Shown: positions 24,311 through 34,670 of the stretch, piece after piece
How positions within the stretch are numbered: position 1 is the first letter of the stretch
Layout of the letters: each line of letters begins with the position of its first letter
Source of the DNA: Pelomyxa schiedti
Taxonomy: Eukaryota; Protista; Evosea
NCBI GenBank assembly: GCA_020536535.1
Contig: JAHLWZ010000763.1
Span: forward strand, 1-37,300
Direction of reading: 5' to 3'
DNA: 37,300 nucleotides
Translations under genes and position numbers: made by a program
Notes under the pieces: generated by a model
Database searches by the model: none
Told to the model about the DNA's origin: nothing
What the model saw: only the letters and a program-made list of their open reading frames with translations

Positions 24311-25136
24311 TCAGTGAGAGTCAGTGGCGGAGTCGGTTGGTGGGGTTGGTTCCGCGGGCGTGGTCTCTTCAGAGACGGTGGGTTCTGTTGGGGTGGGTGT
24401 TTGTGGTGTAGTTTGCTCTGTGGTGGTTGGTGCTGGTGCTAGTTCTGGTACAGGTTCTGGTTCTGATGTTGGTGGTTGTTGTGTGGGAGTTGCGGGGGTG
24501 GTTGTGGTAGTTGTGGTTGTGGGAGCGGGAGCCGACACTGCAGCGGCGGTTGTGGTTGCGGTTGCGGTGTTGGTTGGGGTGGTTGGCATAGGGACACTGG
24601 GATTCCTGGCATCTTCAAGTGTTGACAAGATTAAACGCATATCATCGTCAATTGTTTTGGCCCAATTCTCAATGTCACCTATTTCCTAAGGGAATATTTG
24701 AATAAACTACATTTATAACTATTCCTGTAATGTTACCTTCATAGCTCTGTTAAACTCCTCTATTACGGAAAGCCACTGGTGTGACTGCCGCGAGAGTTTT
24801 GTGGTTGCGGCTTGTAATTGTTTGCATTCTTGTTCAAGGAGTTGTTGGTTGTTAACAACTTCCGACATTCCTGGAGAGTAAAGCGTCAGGAAATGCACAC
24901 GGTTAGACAGAATATTTGTGGAATAGTGAAAGAGGCAGCGTATTCACCGGTATCAATGTCCGTCAAAAGACACTCGGACACAACCGAGACAGAGCTCATC
25001 ACAGCCTTCTTCAGTTTTTCTAAACAAAGGCAAATTACCACCGGAAACAACGCTTCATCTACGCCATTTACGTACCATTTTGTTCGCGAAGAGGCACCTG
25101 CGCGGCCTTGTGCGCGCTCACCAACTTCCCTAGCAT
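24311..25136 (-). CDS. BLOC1S1: BLOC-1/BORC subunit 1 (BLOS1/GCN5L1) with a Thr/Pro-rich C-terminal extension
   Basis: MLGKLVSAHKAAQ.../...NQQLLEQECKQLQAATTKLSRQSHQWLSVIEEFNRAMK/EIGDIENWAKTIDDDMRLI matches the family motif NQxxL...W...FNxALKEIGDVENWA. Confidence 0.92.
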
Positions 25137-25331
25137 GTTTTTATTTTTTCTGATTGATCAGATCTCATCGCATCAAGGGACAGACACACCAGCAGGCACT
25201 TCAATTCTGATGTGTCAACTGGTGGCACATTGACACTTTAAAGTGCCAGGTTCTATCAAAGAACTCTTTCTTTGAAATTTAAGGAGGAGATCGGAAAAAA
25301 ATACGCTAAACAGGAGGAACGTAGTGGGTAG

Positions 25332-25981
25332 ATGACGGATAGTGCGGCTGCAACCACGACCACCACGTCAAGTACCACAGCGTCATCGGCGTTGCCTAGC
25401 GCTAGTACTGGCGTTACATCGCTCAAAGACGAGATCCCGACAATTCGACTTATGTCTTCGGAAGGTCAGTGTGGCCACACTCCAAAACAATGGATACACG
25501 TGCCTACAATATTGTCCATTATCACACCGCCTTTTTATTTCCAAAATGACCTGGTGTGCTAAGGTAACGAGTTTATAATTCACCGTGAGTGTGCGCTTAT
25601 CTCTGGAACTATTAGATCTATGTTGACTTCTCCAGGTTTCTTAACTAAAATATGAAACTTTAAACGCTTTATGTAATCCTGTAACCTTTGCGTCAGGCCC
25701 GTGCATGGAACAGTCAGCCGGTGAAATTAGTTTCCAAGAAATTACCGCACCAATTCTCGAGAAAGTTATACAATATTTTTACTACAAGGTGATATGGATT
25801 TTGCTACTTTTTTCCTTCTAACTTCATAAGGTTATCAACTCTCCCAACACCGCCACGGAAATTCCGGACTTCCTCATAGAACCGGAAATTGCTCTCGACC
25901 TTCTCATGGCCGGTATGCTCTATTTCTTTTGATTTAATAATAACCTTTCAAATAAATACAGCCAACTTCCTCGACACCTAA
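25332..25981 (+). CDS. ELOC: Elongin C (5 exons)
   Basis: IRLMSSEG/NEFIIHRECALISGTIRSMLTSP/GPCMEQSAGEISFQEITAPILEKVIQYFYYK/...EIPDFLIEPEIALDLLMA/ANFLDT*. Confidence 0.95.
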
Positions 25982-26082
25982 TTGCATGTCTTTGAGTATA
26001 ATTACTTCCTCCTCTGTGCGGAACAACGAAATCAACTTGTTTTTATTTATGCTTACTTTGTCACTACACTTATCTGACTCCA

Positions 26083-27860
26083 CTACGAGTCTTCAGTTGC
26101 CGCGGCACCTGACGTGCCGTCAGTAGGCAGAGCCATTTCCTCAGCTATTGCCAGGTTGTACATGAAGTGGTCCAGTGGTGACTTTATCTTGGCCTTGTGG
26201 ATAGACTCCATGGTCACGTATCCAGAACCAGAGTCATCTGTTTCCTTTGTGTATTTGTTAGTAGTGTGACGTTTAGCTTGCATTTTGTTATGTGTTAAGA
26301 TTTGGTGTGTTTATGTGGGTAAAAAGGAAAGGCACTTTTAGAGACTCCAGTTTTTCCAACAACTTCTTGGTCCTCAGTGTGAGCTCCTTTATGAGGGTTA
26401 AGTTTGAAATGTTGAACTTGTTTGATTTGTGTTGACCTTAATGAGAGCCTGGTCAGTCATGTCGTCACGTCCAGAACTCTCAACAAGCCAGTTGGTCATT
26501 TCCTTGTGGAACCCAGAGAGCATGAAAGAGTCTATTTTAAATACAGGTTACATAGAAGTATAATGTATTGGAAAGAGAATATTAACCTCGGGACTGTTGA
26601 ACAACGGAGATGGACTCGGCATCAAGGTCAACAATTAAATCAAACAGGTCGGTGTTGTTCTTGATCCCAGGGTTGGTGAAACCCACGGTGTAGAAGCCAG
26701 AACTTTGTATGTCTGATATTTCCTGAGTTGTCCTTTAGTGTCGAATGTATGGTGGCGAAAAGGGTTAGGGCACACATTCTCATGACCGGCAATGTAGGGC
26801 CAGAGGTTTGTATTCCAGCTCTGGCGATGCCATACTAGCAACGGGAAGCCCCTAGTGATGGTCATGTTAGATACATCGTAAGGGATATCTTACCTTATTG
26901 TATGAAGGAGCTTCTGTAAATCTGAACAGAACACTCCCACACGCTTCTTAATCATCAGGGCCACCCAAAGAAGAATGATTTCCTCACCAAACATTCCAAT
27001 GATGGCTACGGTATTTTTAAACTCAAAACGATAAAGTGGAACTAAAACCTTTCAGGGAGGATGTCAAGTAGGCATGTCTGATATCGAACGAGTCCCCTTT
27101 GAAGGACATACTCAAAGCATCATCCGCCCAGTTGCCTTTAGCAAACACAGAAAGGAAACTGAAGTGAATCTCAGAACACCTTTATCGAAACCTGTTCACA
27201 AAACATACCACTGCAGAGAAGACAAAGGTGTTCCACTCGTGGTATACAACGTAGTGAGTAGTTTACACAAAGCAAGATACTTTTCAGGATGGAAAGCCTG
27301 GAAAACAACTTAACGAATCCCAGTAAAAGGGGTCGTCCAATCAAAAAAAAAAAAAAAAAAAAAAAAAAAACCAAACAACTAAAAAGACAAAAACCAAAAC
27401 AACAAAACAACAAATAAGAAATAGCAAATAGCAACAATCACACACCTCTGACATGAGGGCCACGGCCACGTGTGTGAGCTTGGGCGACAGCCTGTGTGGC
27501 GGCGCCGCCGCGCCCCCCTCCCCCCCACCGCCCCCCCCCCAGGGGCACGGTAACCATGTGCACCCACAGCCCCTTGTACTTACTGAACGAGCTCAGCTCC
27601 TCCCCTGGCACCTCCCCCGCTCCCACTGCCCCGCCCTCGCCGTCCTCCCCCGCGTCGTCCGCCGCCGCTGCCTCCTCGCCCCCGTCCGCCGCCCCGCGCT
27701 TGGTCCCCCCGACCCGCGAGGACGAGGCCAGCCGCGAGCGGGCCTTGAGGACGACTTCCGCGTCGGGGTCGACGTCGGGGTACGACCACGTCACGAGAAC
27801 GTGGGCGTTGATGTCTCGCTCGATGATAACGCACGACGACAGGCCAGACAGCGACGTCAT
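26083..27860 (-). CDS. DENND10: DENN domain protein 10 (FAM45A), multi-exon
   Basis: IIERDINAHVLVTWSYP, AFHPEKYLALC, FGEEIILLWVALMIKKRVGVF, FPLLVWHRQSW, LSGFHKEM, and C-terminal LDHFMYNLAIAEEM (cf. FAM45A ENFLYHLAAAEQM). Confidence 0.9.
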
Positions 27861-28082
27861 GTTGTGGCGGTGTTGTTGTTTGAAGAATCTATCGCCCCTT
27901 CGGCTTTGTTTCGTTGGAACGGGCTGCAAGTCTTGATGGGACGAAGTGGCAATCTCTCAGACAGCGCCTCCCTCCTTCGAAGGCATGGGAACTCGAAGAT
28001 AATCACCAGCTCTGCTGAGGAGTACGCTCTGGTCTGAGCTCCCTCATTGGGGCAATCACAGTCGCAATTTATCAAAGCGCGA

Positions 28083-29410
28083 ATGAACGCACTTGGCACA
28101 CCGGCGGAGCAGGTGAGGGCATCGCAGAGCATGCGAGGCGGAGGAGGAGGAAGAGGAGGAGGTGGAGGACCGAGGCGAGGGCGCGGAGGCGGATCGTGGA
28201 CCCCCAGAGGCGTAGCCCATACGGCGGCGGCAGCAGGTGGCGGGGGGTGGCTGCGGAGCGGGCCCGCGAGGGGGGGCTATGGCCGGGGTGCACACACAGG
28301 GGGGGCGGCGCGCGGGGGCCGCGGCCGAGGGGGGGCGGGTGCCCCATGGGCCACGGCGCAGCGTGGGGGGACACGAGGAGGAGCGGCAAGGGGACCGAGA
28401 GGGATGATGCGAGGAGGGAGAGGGAGAGGGGGCGCGGGGAGGGGGGGATTAAGAGGAGGAGGATATAGCCAGAGCGGGTCAGGGGCAGGGGCAGGGACAG
28501 GGGAAGGCGGGGTTGTGGGTACTGTACTGTATGTATGTTGGTTTGTTGTCGTTGCTGGTGTGTATGGGGTGTTGTTCGCCTTCTACAATTCTAGCAGTGC
28601 GGGAATTTTACTGACTTTCCTGCAGGAACAGCCAAGGGGGTGTGTTTGCATTGCAGGAAGCACGGACACACTCTATCAGAGTGCACAGCTCATACCGGAG
28701 ACGTTGATGTGTGCTACAATTGCGGCGACCCTGGTACTTCCACTTTAGATTACGGCAACCCTAACTCTCCAAAGGTCATGCCCTGAAAAACTGCCCAAAG
28801 GAAAAAACTGGTGAATGGTTTTCCTCGCCACAAAATCGCGCCTAGGCGTTTGATAATTCTCACTGTTACCACAGGAACACTTAAGTTCGTGAAGTGTTTT
28901 ATTTGCAACGAAATAGGCCATCTCTCATCCAAGTGCCCAAAGAACACAAATGGAATATTTCCCTACGGCGGGGGTTGCAGGGTATCAACACACCCTCCGC
29001 TAAGACTAACAATCTAACTGATACCAAAGGTGTGCGGATCCAACCAACACTTGGCCGCGGAGTGCCCTGCTAAGATACAAACACCGGTTCGGAGACCTAT
29101 GGTCCAACTCACTACCACTTCACAAGCAAACTCTCGCACTCAGTCAGCCGATGATGATGGACTGGTTCCTGTTGAAGTCTCTGGAACCTCTTCTACTTCA
29201 TCATTGGGTGATTCACAACTCCCCGTTAAGAGAAGAAGGATAGAGAACAGTGACAAGAAATCATCTAAGAAAAAGAGCAGGACAGAATTTGTGGCAGCCT
29301 CAACTCTAACAAACAACACACAATCAACAGACACTACACCACGACAAACAAACAACAGTGCATCACCAAATCAGCCACAAAACAAAAAGCCCAAAGTGGT
29401 GCGATTTTGA
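28083..29410 (+). CDS. ZCCHC9: ZCCHC9-like protein with four CCHC zinc knuckles and an N-terminal RGG/Gly-rich region (start could be ATG 28131)
   Basis: CLHCRKHGHTLSEC, CYNCGDP/GHALKNC, CFICNEIGHLSSKCPKNTNGIFPYGGGCR/VCGSNQHLAAEC, SADDD, C-terminal KKPKVVRF (ZCCHC9 ends PKVVxF). Confidence 0.85.
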
Positions 29411-29470
29411 GAAAGAAAAAATCAATTCCATACAGTAGATACCCTGTTTGTTATTCAGTCGAAATATTGG

Positions 29471-31820
29471 CTATAGTCCCATGTGTTGAAATGACAGAAA
29501 ATTGGGGAAGGTTGGCTCTTGTTTTGCTGAGCGGAACCTAACTTGTAGAGTTTTGTTCCCCAGTTGTTGCCCATTAAGTGTCATAATAGCCTAAGAGCGG
29601 AATAAGAGAAGGAATATAAAAGTACACCTACTCGTTGTGCCTCATCCACGTTAGATAAAACAACAAACCCATATCCCTGAAAAGCGTTGCGTGAGAATTG
29701 AAGTTGATTAAGGGGTTCTTACTTTGCACTTTTGTGTGGTGAGATCCTTCACAACTTTCACTGACATGACTGCACCAAAGGGGGAGAAAAGTTTGTATAA
29801 TAGGAAGTCATCGGCATCCTAGTTGTGTTTAGTTCGTTTGAAAGAAGCTGATGGCAAGAGAAAAAAAAATACAGCAGGAAGATTGTAAATAAAAATGGCA
29901 TTTTGAGACTGCTGTGAATTTGGTGCTGCTTTAGGTTTATAAATATTCACGGGAAAAGTTGAATTGGCTATTTCATCTTACGTGTTTGTGGCATTAAGAA
30001 GTTCTGGTCAAATCCGGGTAGGCCAGGGTACCCAGTAATACTCAACGGGTTATATCGCGAATAGGCGGAGCTTCTAGTGTCAGCGAGTATAAAGGAACAG
30101 GTGCATACAGGATTGGTGGCATCAAAGAGTGAGAAGCCTTCTCCGTGGACTGGTCAGCAACCTGGTTTGGAGAAAAGAAAGAAAGGAAAGACAGAAAAGG
30201 AAAGAAAAGGGAAAGGAAGATAGTAGAACGAAAAGGAAGCCCAGGAAAGGAAAAAAATTAAAACACTCCAATAAAGAAGGCTGGGGAGAGGAAACAAGAC
30301 AATTGAAGGCAGCAAATAGCAATAGGAGTTTAAGTGAAATAAATAAATTAAAAAAATAAAAAGCAAAGATAACGGTGAGCTGTGCTGATTTGGGAAAAAC
30401 AAAAGAAGGGAAAAAATCAAAAAAAAGCAAGAAAAGAGTTGAACTGGAGTGATTGTACCTTAACAACAAGGCCCCGATTACTCATACCAGGAATGCAAAT
30501 TCCATTTAGTGAATTAATTGCAATTTCAGCATCACTTCGACGTTCAAAACGAACAAATCCAGCACCTACATGAAGTGACAAGAGGGAATGTGCACAGTCT
30601 CAAACCTCTGTTCAGACCAGATTTGGGATCTGTACAGTCATAAGTTGTGTATTGCAATACTCCGCAGTTCACACACCAGTAAGTATTTTAGCATCAATGA
30701 CCTTTCCAAATCGAGAAAAAACTTCTCCCAACTCGTCTCTGGTAAATGTGGGTTCCATTCCACTCACGTAAAGGTTGGTATTTTTGATGTCAGCAGAGGG
30801 AGGCCTTGCAAATGCCACCTGAAGAAAGACTGTTGAGAGGGAAAAAAACCAAGGATAGAGTGCGCAACCTTTAACACTTTTCCGTCCAGTGCATGACCTG
30901 CAATAAAATAAACAAAACCCCTTTGTATGGAGAAGTCAGTACCATTCATTACTAATATAGCTTTTTTGGCTTCTTCCAGAGTTTCATATCTTACAAAGCC
31001 ATAGCCGAGACTTGTTCCTATGGTTGGTAAGTTCCAGATATGAAGTTGACCAAACCGAGTTACCCAGTCTCTTATCAACCACTACTTTGCAAGAAACAAT
31101 CTTCAAAATGGAATGGTTCATCCATGGTAGTCAAATCAAAAAAAACATAATACAAAAAAAAAGAACCTTTCCAAAAGGAAGAAACATGTTTTGGAACTGA
31201 GCTTCGTTGACATGAGAGGGCAGATAGTTTACAATGAGATTAGGCTCCTGGCCCCCGTCTCCGCACCCCCCTGCCGCTGCAGCAGCCGCAGCCGCAACAG
31301 CCGCCGCTATCGACGACGTAGTAGTCATGCCCCCACCACCACCCCCCACCCCAATCCCCAGGCCCAGCCCCATCCCCATGTTCATGTTCATATTCATATT
31401 CATAGGCATGGGTATAGGAATCTGGACACCCAACGGCAACGCCAACGACAATGGCAACGTCGCCCCTGACGCACCAGAGGCGTATGTGCTGCCACCCAGC
31501 GACGCCGACGACGACGACGAGGCCGCCGCTGGCGATGTCGTTGCTACTGTCGCTGTCGACGGTGACGTAGTGGCGGTGGTGGCGGCGGCGGTTGTGGCAC
31601 TGTTGGCGGCGGCGGTTGTGGCACTGTTGGCGGCGGTGGTAGAAGATGATGATGATGAATTGGAGTCGAGCGGCGGGGGGTCGGTGGGGCCGCACGCGCT
31701 CGCCGTGGTGGTACCAGAGCACGACGCGTCGTCCGTTGTTGCTGCGTCGTACGTGCGCGCGCCGCCGGACGATGATGGTGGTGCTACGGTTTGCGCACCT
31801 GGCTGCTGCTGAGGGTCCAT
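29471..31820 (-). CDS. ELAV/Hu/Sex-lethal-like three-RRM RNA-binding protein with a low-complexity N-terminus, multi-exon
   Basis: RRM1 PNLIVNYLP...SLGYGFVRY. RRM2 TNLYVSGM...GAGFVRFERRSDAEIAINSLNG. Hinge SRYNPL. RRM3 IFIYNLPA/DADDFLLYKLFSPFGAVMSVKVVKDLTTQKCK/GYGFV...LNGQQLGNKTLQVRF. Stop TAG 29471-29473. Confidence 0.92.
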
Positions 31821-32092
31821 GAGTGTTGAGCCTACCGATTTTTAAGTTACTGTCTGAGTGACTCCGATGTTGCGACCCCTATTCTCCTCTCAGTTGAGTA
31901 ACGATACAAGTGGGTTCACCCAGAACTTGGTCCAAGTCTCCCCACCAGATCTTATCTGCCAATACGAGAACCACGCCTTGGAAGGAATTCTTCGAAGTAG
32001 CGTCAAGACGTTGAATTCCGTGTAGAAAAGAGACTTAAAAGTAAATGGCTGGTTGTTTCCACACAACCGCATAAAAGAGGTTAGTAATCGAC

Positions 32093-32996
32093 ATGCAGCC
32101 GCGTCATATGGTTTGTGCCGTGTTGCCTTTGCTGTGTTGGGCCGTGGCGTGGAAGGGCAGGCTGTGAATGGGTATTACATTCGCAACTCGGATGGATGGC
32201 TCGTGCACTTCACCGACCTCAATGACGCTGCTGGTACAGCAATCTGCGCAGTTCCGGCTGGTGGTTACAACGCTGGTAGCACAACAGCCTCGTTTTTTTT
32301 TTCGGTGTATGTGCAGTCCTTTGTTGAGATAGCGAGCAGCTTGTTGTCGGTGCTTCGGATTGCGTACATCTTTGTTGTGTCACCGTTCATGAAGTCACCT
32401 GGAGAGAGTGGTTATTGCCAGCAGTGGAGATAGGCAGCACAGGCATGGACGCCAGCACCAAGAAAGCCACGGGAATGTCGTGGAGCAACACCACCAGCAC
32501 AATGTGGGCCTCGTTCACCAGCCTTTCCAGCACCGACATGGTCTACGAGGGCACCCTGGACCTCGCCACCGGGCATTTCACGCAGCTAGTCTCCGCATCA
32601 GCGCTTGTGGTGATGGACATTGCTTGGGACGCCGTGCCCCCGGGCGCGGGCGAAAGTGGCTCGTGCATGTGGCACCTCTCGGGATATGGGATGCTATTCT
32701 GGTGGAAGACAGGCACAGACTGGACAGTAAACATGATGGTGGGGAGCTACCTGTGCTCCCAGTACGACAGCGACGCCGTCGGGGGCCTGTCGCGAGACCC
32801 GACGACCGGGAAGCTGCTGGCCATCGGCGTGGGCGCGTATGGCGGGGAGATGATGGCGGAGATATACACCGACAGCGGCTGCTTGTCGGCGTACCCAGTA
32901 ATTGACAGGTCCGACGCTGCCTGCCTGAGCTTCGGCCCAATTGTGACGACCAAGACATACTCGGCCGAGTGCGTCGCGAGGCCTCATTACGAGTAA
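32093..32996 (+). pseudogene. Disrupted tandem copy of the secreted protein gene at 33252-34167
   Basis: Same start (atgcagccgcgtcat) but a net 4-nt loss in the signal-peptide region shifts the frame. The PGDFxNGDTTKMYAIRSTDNKLL segment is present only as reverse complement (32302-32428). The rest of exon 2 is open to TAA 32994-32996. Confidence 0.8.
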
Positions 32997-33251
32997 AAAG
33001 CACCTGGCCGTGTGCGTGTTGTACCTTGAAATAAAATTTTGTTTCATCATGAAAGCCTGGCGCTTAGTTTTTATGAAGAACCCTTTTAGCCAAATTTCCG
33101 TATAACCTTCAAATTATCAAGAAGCTCCCTGACCCTCGTTGATGGAACCAACGTTAGTTTGATGTGTGTGAATAATTTTGACGTAAGCTGAAGAATAGTC
33201 TGTTGCCATCATGATTGCTTCCGCAACTTCAATCTCCAACACACAATCGAC

Positions 33252-34167
33252 ATGCAGCCGCGTCATTTGGGTTGCCCTGTGCTTACGTTGCTTCTTGTGT
33301 TGGGTAGTGGTGTGGAAGGGCAGGCTGTGAACGGATATTACATACAAAACACAGACCCATGGCTAGCGCACCTCACAAACCTCGCAAATTCTCCTGATTT
33401 TATCTGCCAAGTACCTACTGGCCAATACTATGCTGGTAATTGTCTTTCACTGTGTGACAAACGTCATTCATTTAACTCAGCCAGGCGACTTCGCAAATGG
33501 AGACACAACAAAGATGTACGCCATCCGGAGCACTGACAACAAGCTGCTCACTATCTCCACAACAGCCACAACGGGCACAATTGACTGTTCATACACCGAG
33601 ATAGGCAGCACAGGCGTGGATGCCAGCACAAAGAGCGCCACGGGAATGTCATGGTGCGCCACCACCAGCACAATGTGGGCCTCGTTCACCACCAACACAG
33701 ACACCAACGTGGTCATCGAGGGCACCCTGGACCTCGCCACCGGGCACTTCACCGAGCTCGTGTCGACATCATATTACCCAGTCCTGGACATCGCGTGGGA
33801 CGTCGTGCCCCCCAGCTCGGGTGAAACCGGCTCGTGCATGTACCACCTCTCAACCATCGGCAGGATATTCTGGTGGAAGACAGGCACTGACTGGACCCCC
33901 ACAGACCTTGTTGGGGAAGGGGAGGAAGTCTTCCCCATCACCTATTTCGACTACGCGCATCACGGTGGTTTGTCTAACGACCCGACGACCGGGAATCTGC
34001 TGGCCATCGGCGCGGACTGGACTGAGGAGCTGGTGCAGATCGACAGGGACTGCGGGGCCTTGGTGAAGACCTACTGGTACGACTTGACGTCCGACGCTGC
34101 GTGCCTGAGCTTCGGCCCATTGGTGACGTCGTCGGCCGAGTGCCTCGCGAGGCCACATTACAAGTAG
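33252..34167 (+). CDS. Secreted protein with a bacterial-like beta-propeller-type repeat domain (2 exons; intron 33436-33484)
   Basis: Signal peptide MQPRHLGCPVLTLLLVLGSGVEG. Repeated blade-like motifs AGDF..MYAI..NKLLTIST; TGMSW..TSTMWAS..GTLDLATGHFTEL; LDIAWD; GGLSNDPTTGNLLAI..ELVQIDRDCG. Confidence 0.75.
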
Positions 34168-34670
34168 GCGATGAGCCACATAAGAAAGCATTGACGTGTT
34201 TTCCTCTGTGTGTTGGTTGATACTCCAAAAAAAAAACAGTGAACAGTTTCTTTTCCTCTCGTCCCATGAGTCAAATATCAAAGTCAATCCCGGGTTATTC
34301 ACATGCCGAATTTTGGCATTTGTGTTACTGCAGGATGATATACCTAGGGTTTCGCTAATAATTCATAATACTCTTGAATGAGACTACCTTTGGCAGTCTG
34401 ATTGCTTTTTCTTTTTTGGAGAAGGGAAACAAAAAGGCCAAGGGAAGTAGGGGATACTCTGCAATCACCAGTGGCAAAGGGTAAGCTACCACAATATATC
34501 TTATTAATTTTATTACTTGGGGTTGGGTTGCTATACTATACACGTGGGTGATACTGCCGTGTGATTGTTGTTGAAGAAGTGGTGGAAATGATGAATGAGG
34601 ATGACGGTGGTGGAAGTGATGTGCCAGTTGGTGCCACACCAACAACCCACACACCCACCCACAGTGGACA

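Noticed and set aside
30122-30469. Phe/Leu-rich 'membrane protein' ORF and Lys-rich antisense ORF
   Set aside because: Translations of the U-rich ELAV intron.
31370-31640. (ATGAAY)n and 24-bp tandem repeats as a CRISPR-like or structural array
   Set aside because: Coding micro/minisatellites (MNMNMN, AANSATTA) with no spacers.
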